Positions 1 to 8,354 of a stretch of 36,299 bases of DNA are shown in pieces. A program made the position numbers and the translations under genes. Numbering within the stretch: position 1 is the first letter of the stretch; each line of letters opens with the position of its first letter. This DNA comes from a virus (Duplodnaviria; Heunggongvirae; Uroviricota; Caudoviricetes), in IMG/VR virus record IMGVR_UViG_2657245570_000017, positions 1-36,299 of that record. The stretch is one strand, 5' to 3'. Below the pieces are notes generated by a model, which was not told the origin of the DNA, searched no databases, and saw only the letters and a program-made list of their open reading frames with translations.

Positions 1-1005
1 TTAATCCCCCGTGGACACTGCGTGGACACTCACGCCACCTTTCAGCGGATTAAGGGCCACCGCATCCTGCAGGTAATCCGGTGCAAAATGTGCATATGCC
101 ATTGTTTGCTGAATGGTTGCGTGGCCAAGAATCTTCTGAAGCGCAATAATGTTTCCTCCGTTCATCACAAAATGGCTGGCGAACGTATGCCGCAGCACAT
201 GTGCAGCCTGGCCTTTTGGTAAATCGGGCTTAACTCTTTTCAGCGCCAAGCAGAATTCCCGGTACTTCACCTCAAACAAGCCGCCTGTTTCTCTGGTTTT
301 GATCGCCTCACAAACTGCCTGCGAAATTGGCACTGTTCTCTTTCGGCCATTTTTGGTTTCAAGAAACGTCACTCGGTTATGAACTATCTGTTCACCACGG
401 AGCTTACAGGCTTCACTCCAGCGCGCTCCTGTGCTTAAACACAAAAGAGCAACACGCCAGTAATCGCCCTCCAATGTATCGAGCAATAACGCAACTTCCT
501 TCTGTGACAGGAACGCCATTTCTCGTGGAGATACATAAAGAATAGAAATTCCCCTTACCGGATGTTCTGCATCCCAAAGACCTATTTTTTTCAGCACGGT
601 AAACATTCCGGATAACCGATTCATGTACCTGTTAGCAGATGACGGTTTCAATCCATCAGCTATCTTTTGAGAACGCCACGCGATAATTTTCAGCTTATCA
701 AGATCCACAGCCTGCATATCAGCGCCAAGCTCATTGATTATGTTGCGCAGTTGTTTTCGGTCTTCTTCCGCCTTACGCCTGTGTTGACCGTGATACATCC
801 ACCACAACTCAAGCAAATCATTTAGCGTTCGGCGATCACGGTAGCCCTGTATATATTCCCGCTTTTCAGCGTTCGCCATGATGTAGCGTTCAGTGGCCAC
901 CGCTACCGATTTTTTGTCAAATACCTTACGCACGCGCTTTCCCTTGCGTCCGTTCGGCCTGATGTCCAGCAAATAACGACCATCTTCGAGCTTCTTAATT
1001 GACAT
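1..1005 (-). CDS. int: Tyrosine integrase, P2 Int-like
   Basis: 334 aa from ATG at 1005 with GGAGGG RBS; N-terminal MSIKKLEDGRY and C-terminal HTFASHF, ILGH, YAHF motifs match the P2 Int family as recalled; stop codon at 1-3. Confidence 0.9.
   Translation of the reverse strand: MSIKKLEDGRYLLDIRPNGRKGKRVRKVFDKKSVAVATERYIMANAEKREYIQGYRDRRTLNDLLELWWMYHGQHRRKAEEDRKQLRNIINELGADMQAVDLDKLKIIAWRSQKIADGLKPSSANRYMNRLSGMFTVLKKIGLWDAEHPVRGISILYVSPREMAFLSQKEVALLLDTLEGDYWRVALLCLSTGARWSEACKLRGEQIVHNRVTFLETKNGRKRTVPISQAVCEAIKTRETGGLFEVKYREFCLALKRVKPDLPKGQAAHVLRHTFASHFVMNGGNIIALQKILGHATIQQTMAYAHFAPDYLQDAVALNPLKGGVSVHAVSTGD
11..28. repeat. Putative attL core (direct repeat with 35119-35136)
   Basis: GTGGACACTGCGTGGACA here versus GTGGTCACTGCGTGGACA at the right end, 17 of 18 identical; lies in the last codons of int. 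Confidence 0.5.
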
Positions 1006-1101
1006 TGCGAAGCCCTCCAATGAACCGCTCTACAATTTCTCCAGCCTCTTTCCAGCAATAATCAGACCAGACAAAGAGCAGGTCTAACCAGTTTTCTGGC
1101 C

Positions 1102-1422
1102 TTAGCGGGGTGATTTTTGGTTTGTTTCGGTTGAAACCTGATCGCCCTCCGAATCGAAGAAGCCATCAAGAGAGAGAGGCGGAGCAATCTGCCCCGTCGC
1201 AGCATTAGTTTGATTAAACATCACCCAATCCGAATACTTCCGAAAACGAGGATGATTCAAAATCAGGAGTAGCGTTTCTCCAGGTATCATTCTTCCCAAT
1301 ATTTCATAATTTTTGAGATTGTTTTGAGATACCCCTGTCACCTCTTCCATCTCTCTACGTGACAATCCCTCTGCCTCTCGAATCAGGCGAAGTTTTTCTC
1401 CAAGGCTTGATTTATGGATCAT
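1102..1422 (-). CDS. C: Immunity repressor, P2 C-type (HTH)
   Basis: 107 aa from ATG at 1422; C-terminal FRKYSDWVMFNQ...GQIAPPL resembles the P2 C repressor as recalled; divergent from cox. Confidence 0.8.
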   Translation of the reverse strand: MIHKSSLGEKLRLIREAEGLSRREMEEVTGVSQNNLKNYEILGRMIPGETLLLILNHPRFRKYSDWVMFNQTNAATGQIAPPLSLDGFFDSEGDQVSTETNQKSPR

Positions 1423-1440
1423 ATGTGATCTAAACTCCAC

Positions 1441-1537
1441 GATATTGGGTTACATGTAATACAAAACATTCAAATAGCCAAAATAAGCCTATATAAGCCA
1501 TTTTGGGCCATTTGGACGAATTAAGGAGATTACCACA
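1441..1537. promoter_or_regulatory. Lysis-lysogeny switch region (divergent early promoters and operators)
   Basis: Candidate rightward promoter TTCAAA(1469-1474)-17-TATAAG(1492-1497); direct repeats ATAAGCC at 1483-1489 and 1493-1499, 10 bp apart, flank the -10; second repeat pair GCCATTT at 1497 and 1507. Confidence 0.5.
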
Positions 1538-1825
1538 ATGAGCGAATCAGAGCTTGAGGGGTTCATTCAGGTAGCACCATATCCACTTGAAGCGGTGCCA
1601 TATCAACTATTTGCCAAGATGATTGGTCGCAAAGAATCAACCGTCAGAACCATGATTGACGCTGCAAAGTTACCAACGATTGACTTTGTGAAACCAGGTT
1701 CAGTGAAGACGCGAGCATCAGAAAACTGGGTATATCTGCCAGCATTTAACGCAGGTATGCGCAAAGCGTTTTTTGATCAGCCGAAAGAACGCCGCGATGC
1801 ATGGTTGTTGTGGCTGGGGCTTTAA
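1538..1825 (+). CDS. cox: Cox/Apl-like excisionase and early regulator
   Basis: 95 aa, AGGAG RBS, first gene of the rightward early operon opposite the repressor. Confidence 0.7.
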   Translation: MSESELEGFIQVAPYPLEAVPYQLFAKMIGRKESTVRTMIDAAKLPTIDFVKPGSVKTRASENWVYLPAFNAGMRKAFFDQPKERRDAWLLWLGL

Positions 1826-1831
1826 TCATAA

Positions 1832-2038
1832 ATGACCAGCAATATCACCAGCGCCATTTTGGACCTTGTATTCCTAGAAGTGGGTGTAATAGCGATTTAT
1901 CTGCTTAGCAAGCTAACAGGACAAAAAGAACGCTTTATTGTTCTCAACGTTCATTACCTCGCCGCTTATGCCAGAGGTCTTTTTCCGATCACCATTGGTG
2001 CGCTGCTCATGGCGTTTGTTATTTGGCTCATCGGGTAG
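1832..2038 (+). CDS. Small two-helix membrane protein, hypothetical
   Basis: 68 aa with two hydrophobic stretches; no clear RBS. Confidence 0.35.
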   Translation: MTSNITSAILDLVFLEVGVIAIYLLSKLTGQKERFIVLNVHYLAAYARGLFPITIGALLMAFVIWLIG

Positions 2039-2049
2039 AGGCACGAAAA

Positions 2050-2508
2050 ATGAATAAGCAACAGCGAAATGGCAAGCCCCATAACACGGGATTTCGTCGC
2101 AATTACTTTGAAAATGGGTGTTATGCCGGGGAAGTAAATCGGCACGGAGTTTTTGACATGAAGCAACAGCGCAATTCTTCACAGCAACGCTTCCGCAACG
2201 GGGCGGAACGCCACGCTAACCGTTTCGCTACCAGTGCATCGCGTAGCAACTCTCGCTACAGCCTGAGCGAAACACACGCAACACCGGATGGCCACGCTGT
2301 AAAACAAATCGGCGAGCATGCCTGGCTGATTGAGAAAGCTGGAATCGTGGTCCACAAATGCCCACGCAATCCGTTTACCGGAAACCGCATTTTTGCATTG
2401 AGCTGCGGCGACAATCACTTCGGGCAGGATTTCACATTATACGAAGCGCTTCGCACGGTTGATCGTCTGCTTCGCGGGCAAAGTTTTATTAAACAGGCTG
2501 ATTTATAA
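2050..2508 (+). CDS. Early regulatory protein, hypothetical (186 CII-like position)
   Basis: ATG at 2050 with AGAGG RBS, 152 aa, basic N-terminus; position matches the gene following apl/cox in 186-like phages; function not established from sequence. Confidence 0.5.
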   Translation: MNKQQRNGKPHNTGFRRNYFENGCYAGEVNRHGVFDMKQQRNSSQQRFRNGAERHANRFATSASRSNSRYSLSETHATPDGHAVKQIGEHAWLIEKAGIVVHKCPRNPFTGNRIFALSCGDNHFGQDFTLYEALRTVDRLLRGQSFIKQADL

Positions 2509-2528
2509 CAGGTGCTTTATGACCAAAG

Positions 2529-2797
2529 AGCATGCACAAGGTGTATTTATCCGTTTTATTGATTTTCGCGGTGAACTGTTATTACGCGCATCAGCCATTG
2601 ACGGAGTTGTTCCATCCGAAAAAAACGCAGCTACTTACGTTTATCTGAACGGTACGCGCCTGACTGTGGAGCTTCCGTACCAGACCGTACGAGAAATCAT
2701 TAGCGAAGCTGAAAAGGCACGTCAGGTTAATGGCGATGAACCCTATATCGAAATTATTTGTATGGATTCAGAAGCTGAAATTCAGAAAGCAGATTAA
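2529..2797 (+). CDS. Hypothetical early protein
   Basis: 89 aa from ATG at 2529; packed in the early operon. Confidence 0.5.
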
Positions 2798-2808
2798 AAG
2801 GCATTGCG

Positions 2809-3051
2809 ATGGGCAAAGAATATAAAACTCTCATTAATAAAGCACTTGAACGATTTTATTTTCGCTTAAGTGCATCAGGCGCTCATGCTGAACGTGCAGC
2901 CCGTGACTCATTGACCAGGGCAATCCGGAGTTTGTATGACGTCGCTTTTTACGCTGATGATCTGGATGCACTTAACGAACTTTCCGAGCTGATCTGTGCC
3001 GCAGAATGCGGGGAACATATTGAACCGTATAAGCTGGGGAATATCGCATGA
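2809..3051 (+). CDS. Hypothetical early protein
   Basis: 80 aa; ATG at 2809. Confidence 0.5.
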   Translation: MGKEYKTLINKALERFYFRLSASGAHAERAARDSLTRAIRSLYDVAFYADDLDALNELSELICAAECGEHIEPYKLGNIA

Positions 3052-3161
3052 GTATATTTATCTCATGGCTTGTTCTGATTATTTCGGTGGCCTGCGCCAT
3101 TGGGATTATGCGAATTATTCATTCAGTAAAAAAGATTGAACGCTTTTTCACTGACGAATAA
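3048..3161 (+). CDS. Small hydrophobic peptide (37 aa), hypothetical
   Basis: ATG at 3048 overlaps the upstream stop (ATGA); MSIFISWLVLIISVACAIGIM is a single predicted transmembrane helix; AT-rich; below the ORF-track size cut-off. Confidence 0.35.
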   Translation: MSIFISWLVLIISVACAIGIMRIIHSVKKIERFFTDE

Positions 3162-3253
3162 CAGCTTAAACAAAACACCAGATTAAACCCGAAAACCTGA
3201 AAACTATCCGCATTCGCGGAGGTATTCGCACACGTAAATAACGGAGATATAAA

Positions 3254-3670
3254 ATGAACGCAAAAGAAGAAGGCATTATCGACACATTAAAAAAAATATC
3301 AGAAGCGGAAGATGAAATGGCTAAAGATGCCGTGAAGCGTAGCCAACATATGGCAGCACTTCACGCACTGACCATTGCAAAAATCACCGCTGACGCAGCC
3401 AAAATTATTGAGGAACAGAGCAAAGAAATCGACACTCTTAAAACACAGTCAACAGTTGCAGCCATGAATCCGTCCAGCATTGGACGCTGCATTTATATTC
3501 TTGGTTCAGCAATGATGCTGCAATACACCATTATTGCCGAACTGCACGGCAAATACCTGATAACGCCTTACCACACAAAAGAGTCAGAGCTTCTGACAAA
3601 TCTCCGCCTGATAGAACGCTCTCAAGCTGTATTCATTGATGACGCGCAACGTGCCGTATTTAACGCATAG
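3254..3670 (+). CDS. Hypothetical protein, AT-rich moron-like
   Basis: 138 aa; GGAG RBS; lower GC than flanking phage genes; charged N-terminal half and hydrophobic central segment. Confidence 0.55.
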   Translation: MNAKEEGIIDTLKKISEAEDEMAKDAVKRSQHMAALHALTIAKITADAAKIIEEQSKEIDTLKTQSTVAAMNPSSIGRCIYILGSAMMLQYTIIAELHGKYLITPYHTKESELLTNLRLIERSQAVFIDDAQRAVFNA

Positions 3671-3694
3671 GGTTACTGGACAAAGGGGGGCGCA

Positions 3695-3898
3695 ATGGCA
3701 ATTAAGCATTTTTCCGTCGTTCGCTTTACCTCCAGAGGGCGCGAATACGAGGTCGACGAACGCCTGATTACCACTATCGACAAACATCGTTCGGAAAAGG
3801 ATGCACACCACATCTACCTCACTGACGGCACTTACTTCTGCGCCACCAACGTGGCGCGAGTAAATCTTATCCGACAGGTACAGGAGCCACGCAGATGA
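3695..3898 (+). CDS. Hypothetical early protein
   Basis: 67 aa ORF, stop overlaps next start. Confidence 0.5.
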   Translation: MAIKHFSVVRFTSRGREYEVDERLITTIDKHRSEKDAHHIYLTDGTYFCATNVARVNLIRQVQEPRR

Positions 3899-4161
3899 CC
3901 ATTCTGGACTACATCGCTACTCATCCGGGGTGTAGCGGCGGAGAGATCGCCGCAGCACTGAATACTCCAACCACAGCCATTAATGCTGAGTTACGCCAAC
4001 TTTGGCGCGGCGGCTTAGTCATCAGAACAAACCGCAGCACAGGTGGTCGCGCTCGCAAAACAGGAGGCCAGGCTTCTTACCACGTAAACCCGATGCCGTT
4101 CGGGTGTAGCAATCCACTTACTCACATGTTTAACCAGCTACTGAAGGAAGCCAGAGCATGA
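3895..4161 (+). CDS. Putative winged-helix DNA-binding protein
   Basis: 88 aa; MTILDYIATHPGCSGGEIAAALN...LRQLWRGGLV looks like a winged HTH. Confidence 0.5.
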   Translation: MTILDYIATHPGCSGGEIAAALNTPTTAINAELRQLWRGGLVIRTNRSTGGRARKTGGQASYHVNPMPFGCSNPLTHMFNQLLKEARA

Positions 4162-4457
4162 GCACCATCAACCACCAGAAGCTACGCGAACTGGCATTTG
4201 CCCTGCAACGAATGGCAACGCCTCAAAAATTACTGGCATTTCGCGCAATGCTCTCGCCGTCTGCTGTGCTGGCACTGCTGGATGAGCTGGAGCACGCCAG
4301 AACCACGGCTCCTGCCATTCGCCTGACGCTCCATCATGAAATCGCTGATTTCTGCGCGACGTTGGAGGCGCCGGGCGAACCGGAAACGCCGGAAGCAATA
4401 CAGCAAGAGCTGCTGCAACGCATTGACAAGGTTTTTGATTTTTTTCTGAACCAGTAA
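4158..4457 (+). CDS. Hypothetical early protein
   Basis: 99 aa, translationally coupled to the upstream ORF. Confidence 0.5.
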   Translation: MSTINHQKLRELAFALQRMATPQKLLAFRAMLSPSAVLALLDELEHARTTAPAIRLTLHHEIADFCATLEAPGEPETPEAIQQELLQRIDKVFDFFLNQ

Positions 4458-4489
4458 GAAACCAGAACATGCACACACAAAAAAACCGC

Positions 4490-4518
4490 TTGCCATGCCG
4501 CAATCAGTCAGGTTACAT
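4490..4518 (+). promoter_or_regulatory. Candidate sigma70 promoter
   Basis: TTGCCA(4490-4495)-17 nt-TTACAT(4513-4518). Confidence 0.35.
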
Positions 4519-4524
4519 TTCCGC

Positions 4525-4599
4525 TGCACCTCATAAAACGGGTGCCGGGTTTCGCAGCCTGCTGACTAGCAAAGCGCACAACCGCGCCAGCGGTTTTTT
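4525..4599 (+). ncRNA. Candidate small structured RNA (about 75 nt)
   Basis: Between the promoter-like motif and a hairpin plus T7 run (stem 4580-4593, T-run 4593-4599); no RBS-led ORF in this interval. Confidence 0.3.
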
Positions 4600-4779
4600 T
4601 GTGCGTACTGTATTGCCACGTCTTTTTCGCACACGAATTATGGCGGGGCGTACGGGGCCGACTTCGGTCGGGCCGGGTTCTTTGCTAGCCGGTACTGCGA
4701 ACCTCGTACGTCTCGCCACCCACAGTTTCGCAGCTCTGGATGGTGAGTTTTCAAAACTTACTAGCAAAGAGGCCACACC

Positions 4780-5010
4780 ATGGCAAACCGCAAACAGCAC
4801 CGCGCTATCGCGGAGCGTCGTCACATCCAGACTGAAATCGATCGCAGACTCACCCGCGCTGCACACATCGCCTTTATCATGCAATCCAACACATTGCACA
4901 GACTCAACAGCACTATTTCAGCCGACTACTGCGCCGCTGTATTCAGCTATCTGGCGGAAGACCTCCTGTCTCTTCAGGATCTCATCCAGCAGCAAAACAA
5001 ACCCCATTAA
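4780..5010 (+). CDS. Hypothetical basic protein
   Basis: 76 aa; strong RBS AAAGAGG 7 nt upstream of ATG at 4780. Confidence 0.5.
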   Translation: MANRKQHRAIAERRHIQTEIDRRLTRAAHIAFIMQSNTLHRLNSTISADYCAAVFSYLAEDLLSLQDLIQQQNKPH

Positions 5011-5083
5011 TTCCTGTTCCGGGCCTTTCCTGCACCTTGCGGCGGGAGGCCTTCGCACATCTGTAGTAAAGAGGATTGCCGCA

Positions 5084-5449
5084 ATGATTCTCGCCAACGA
5101 CTTTCTTGAATACCTGCTCAACACAGAGCGTGATCTTGCCGTTCGCGTGCGTGAACGTTATGACATGTACCTGAAATCCCTGCCTGTACCGCAGCTCGCT
5201 GACGGAAAATTTGTTATTGATGGTCGCTACATGATTGACAGCCACGAGGGGAATTACAGGCTTTACCGCATTGAAGGCGGCACCCCGTCCGTTATTGGCA
5301 TTTACCAGCGCCCATCCTCTGCGATCGTCGATGTGATTGCCGACAGCATCCGCATCACACACCACCATGCCGACACAGAAGACACTGTGCTGGAGATTCA
5401 GCGGCTGGCTGCCGTTTGCCGTGACACTCTGAATGGTATGACGAAGTAA
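5084..5449 (+). CDS. Hypothetical protein upstream of A
   Basis: 121 aa from ATG at 5084 (AAGAGG RBS); the 326-aa track ORF upstream of this ATG lacks coding signals. Confidence 0.55.
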   Translation: MILANDFLEYLLNTERDLAVRVRERYDMYLKSLPVPQLADGKFVIDGRYMIDSHEGNYRLYRIEGGTPSVIGIYQRPSSAIVDVIADSIRITHHHADTEDTVLEIQRLAAVCRDTLNGMTK

Positions 5450-5455
5450 ATCAGT

Positions 5456-8278
5456 ATGACGACAGAGTACATCAGGGACTGGCAACAACCGCGCCACGCA
5501 GTAGGACGTGAAGGAACGGAGATCCCCGCACCTGAATCCGCGCTTTCCTCATGGCTGGATGCCTACCGGGTAGAGAACGAGCGCCGCCAGGAAATGGCTG
5601 ATGCGGCGTTCTCCGCCACACCGCTGGGCAACCTGATTAATAAAAGCCTGGACGCACAGGAAAAACAGGACAAAACCATCACACTGGCAGGAGACGCCAG
5701 AAAACAGGCACGCGGCGCGGTGGATGAAGCCATGGCCTCGCTGCGCCTGCTGCCGTCCTATCTGCGCGATCCGCTTATTCGCCACCTCTCCTTCCTGCGC
5801 AAAAAACAGGAAGCCGATCGCCGGAAAGGCAAAAAGAGCTGGCAGGCGGAACGCTATGCACGCGGAACCCTGCGCAAAATATTCGAACGTCTGGACCGCA
5901 CCGATCACCGCTGGCTGACACCGGGTTATCGCTCCCTTGCCGGACGCGAACGCCTGGACGATTTGCTTTACCTGCCGCAGCTCAACAAACACCAGATACA
6001 GACGCTGGCCACCATGACGGCGGCGATGTTCAGCAGCACCTTCGAAAAACTCTGCGATGGCTTTGGCGCGACCGATGGCGAGCTGACCATGGATGTAACG
6101 CTGAAGGCGTATCAGATGCTGGCCCGCATGGCGTTACACCTGCACGCCATGCCTCCACATTATGACGCACTGACAACAGACAAAGACCGGAGGAACGAAC
6201 CAGACACGGAGCTGCTGCCGGGCGCAATCCTTCGCCTGACCTGTGCGCAATGGTGGAAACGCAAACTGTGGCTGTTACGTTGCGAGTGGCGGGAAGAACA
6301 ACTCCGCGCCGCCTGTCTGGTTTCCAGAAAAACATCGCCCTATCTGAGCCAGGACGCGTTAAGCGAGTTTCGCGCACAGCGCGAGAAAACACGCGATTTC
6401 CTGAAAAGTTTCATGCTGGAAAATGAAGACGGGTTCACGATTGATCTCGAGACGGTGTATTACGCGGGAGTAAGTAACCCGGTTCACCGTAAGGCAGAAA
6501 TGATGGCCACCATGAAGGGACTGGAACTTCTGGCCGAAGCCCGTGGCGACAGAGCGGTGTTTCTGACTGTCACCTGCCCGTCAAAATATCACGCAACAAC
6601 GGAGAACGGTCATCCGAATCCCAAATGGAACGGGGCCACAATGCGCAACTCCAGCGATTACCTGGTTAACACGTTTTTTGCGGCGGTCCGCAAAAAACTG
6701 AACCGCGACGGTCTTCGCTGGTATGGCATCCGCACGGTGGAGCCTCACCATGACGGTACCGTACACTGGCATATGATGGTCTTTGCACATCCGGAAGAAA
6801 TCGACAGCATCGTGGCCATCACCCGCGATATTGCCATTCAGGAAGACCGCCACGAGCTGGGCAATGATATTACTCCGCGCTTTAAGGCGGAGTATGTCGA
6901 CGGCTCAAAAGGCACACCAACCAGCTATATCGCGACCTACATTGGAAAAAACCTGGACAGCCGCGCCGTGGATGGCATTGACCCGAAAACGGGCAAACCA
7001 CGCGTTGACCACGAAACCGGAAAATCAATGGCCGAGAGCGTGGAGCGCGCCATCGGCTGGGCGCGCCTTCACCGGGTCCGCCAGTTCCAGTTCTTTGGCA
7101 TCCCCTCCCGTCAGGTGTGGCGTGAACTGCGCCGCCTTGCCAGCCAGATGGCACGCAACCCGGAAGGCCCGCAACGACTGAAGGACGACGCAATGGATGC
7201 GGTACTCGCTGCCGCTGATGCCGGGTGTTTTGCCTCCTACATTGAAAAACAGGGTGGCGTACTTGTTCCACGCAAAGACTACCTGATTCGCACCGCCTAC
7301 GACCTCGCAGATGAGCTGAACGATTACGGCGAACAGAGTGTACAGATTTACGGGATCTGGTCGCCGCTCATCGGGGAGTCTTCCCGCGTGTGCACGCACC
7401 CGGATAACTGGAAGCTGGTAAGACGTAAACCGGAAGCGGAAGACAGCGCCCGCGAAAATGGTTTTGACCTTCAGGGCGGCCCTGCCGCCCCTTGGACTCG
7501 TGGCAATAACTGTCCCCGTGTACAGGAAACAGACAACAACGGGACAGAACAGCCGGAAGAACGGCCAGCACCGTGGCCGCAGCTTCCTGACGGCGTTGAC
7601 GTGAACGAATGGGTGCGCTCACTGAAACGGCACGAACGCCGGGCGCTGATGCGTTCGCTGCGTGACAAACAGGCAAAAAACAGCAGTGATGAAATGCAGA
7701 ACTGGACACAGAGCCGCAAACAGCCACAGCCTTTGCCTGATAACCACGAATTACTCGCTAAAGAATGGCGGGAGTCTGCTGAATCTCTCGGCCTGCATAT
7801 CGGTGAACAGCAGATGCAGCACCTGTTACGGGGCGGCAGTCTGTACGTTGACGGCAGCATCATTGCACCGCAGGGATTTGAAATTGTACGCAAACCGGAT
7901 ACCCGACCGGACAGCCGGATCACGCAGCTCTGGCAGCGCCTGAGCCGTAACCACGGCGTAAGCAGCACGGAGATCCGCCATAACCCGGTCGCCAGCTATC
8001 TGGAACAGCTGGGGGCATCAGACCCCGAAGCCGCCGCACGCCTGGCATCCACACTTCAGCAAGACCAGAACACCATGAAAACACCCGTTACCGTGCTTTC
8101 TGACATGCTGCGCGCCATCCGCGACGCAGAGCACGCACAGAGAATCAGTGAAACCACTGAACGCGCCCGCCGCAAAGCAGACCTGCTGCGGGGTGGCCTG
8201 ACCATTGGAAACAAAAAACAGACAGAAACGGGATTCACAAATCCCGTAAATGAGCAAAAAACGCGCCGCGATATATGA
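5456..8278 (+). CDS. A: Replication initiation endonuclease, P2 gpA-like, with long C-terminal extension
   Basis: 940 aa; HUH-type motif VHWHMMVF and paired catalytic tyrosines YIATYIGK; about 180-250 aa longer than the P2 or 186 A proteins as recalled. Confidence 0.85.
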   Translation: MTTEYIRDWQQPRHAVGREGTEIPAPESALSSWLDAYRVENERRQEMADAAFSATPLGNLINKSLDAQEKQDKTITLAGDARKQARGAVDEAMASLRLLPSYLRDPLIRHLSFLRKKQEADRRKGKKSWQAERYARGTLRKIFERLDRTDHRWLTPGYRSLAGRERLDDLLYLPQLNKHQIQTLATMTAAMFSSTFEKLCDGFGATDGELTMDVTLKAYQMLARMALHLHAMPPHYDALTTDKDRRNEPDTELLPGAILRLTCAQWWKRKLWLLRCEWREEQLRAACLVSRKTSPYLSQDALSEFRAQREKTRDFLKSFMLENEDGFTIDLETVYYAGVSNPVHRKAEMMATMKGLELLAEARGDRAVFLTVTCPSKYHATTENGHPNPKWNGATMRNSSDYLVNTFFAAVRKKLNRDGLRWYGIRTVEPHHDGTVHWHMMVFAHPEEIDSIVAITRDIAIQEDRHELGNDITPRFKAEYVDGSKGTPTSYIATYIGKNLDSRAVDGIDPKTGKPRVDHETGKSMAESVERAIGWARLHRVRQFQFFGIPSRQVWRELRRLASQMARNPEGPQRLKDDAMDAVLAAADAGCFASYIEKQGGVLVPRKDYLIRTAYDLADELNDYGEQSVQIYGIWSPLIGESSRVCTHPDNWKLVRRKPEAEDSARENGFDLQGGPAAPWTRGNNCPRVQETDNNGTEQPEERPAPWPQLPDGVDVNEWVRSLKRHERRALMRSLRDKQAKNSSDEMQNWTQSRKQPQPLPDNHELLAKEWRESAESLGLHIGEQQMQHLLRGGSLYVDGSIIAPQGFEIVRKPDTRPDSRITQLWQRLSRNHGVSSTEIRHNPVASYLEQLGASDPEAAARLASTLQQDQNTMKTPVTVLSDMLRAIRDAEHAQRISETTERARRKADLLRGGLTIGNKKQTETGFTNPVNEQKTRRDI
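8228..8247. promoter_or_regulatory. Palindrome 1, ACGGGATT-N4-AATCCCGT
   Basis: Perfect 8-bp inverted arms; lies in the 3' end of A, 127 bp upstream of the parM-like start. Confidence 0.5.
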
Positions 8279-8301
8279 AGCGCGCATAAAACAGGCAAAA
8301 A

Positions 8302-8321
8302 CGGGATTTCAGAATCCCGTA
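8302..8321. promoter_or_regulatory. Palindrome 2, ACGGGATT-N4-AATCCCGT
   Basis: Second copy 74 bp downstream of the first, 34 bp upstream of the parM-like start, overlapping a promoter-like region. Confidence 0.5.
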
Positions 8322-8354
8322 AACGATTAATTAATCAACATAAGGAAAAGCGAC

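Noticed and set aside
4650-4720. tRNA-like element at the GGCCGAC-TTCG hairpin
   Set aside because: No cloverleaf is derivable (no acceptor stem pairing and no canonical T-loop); treated as a simple hairpin.
4469-5083. N-terminal two thirds of the 326-aa track ORF 4469-5449
   Set aside because: No RBS at its start and the sequence is dominated by hairpins; the real gene most likely starts at ATG 5084 with an AAGAGG RBS.
5549-8298. Antisense and alternative-frame ORFs inside the A gene (for example 5549-5992, 6030-6392, 7471-7968, 8018-8287)
   Set aside because: Fully embedded in a long gene with recognisable motifs; Arg/Cys/Ser-rich translations typical of off-frame reads of GC-rich coding DNA.
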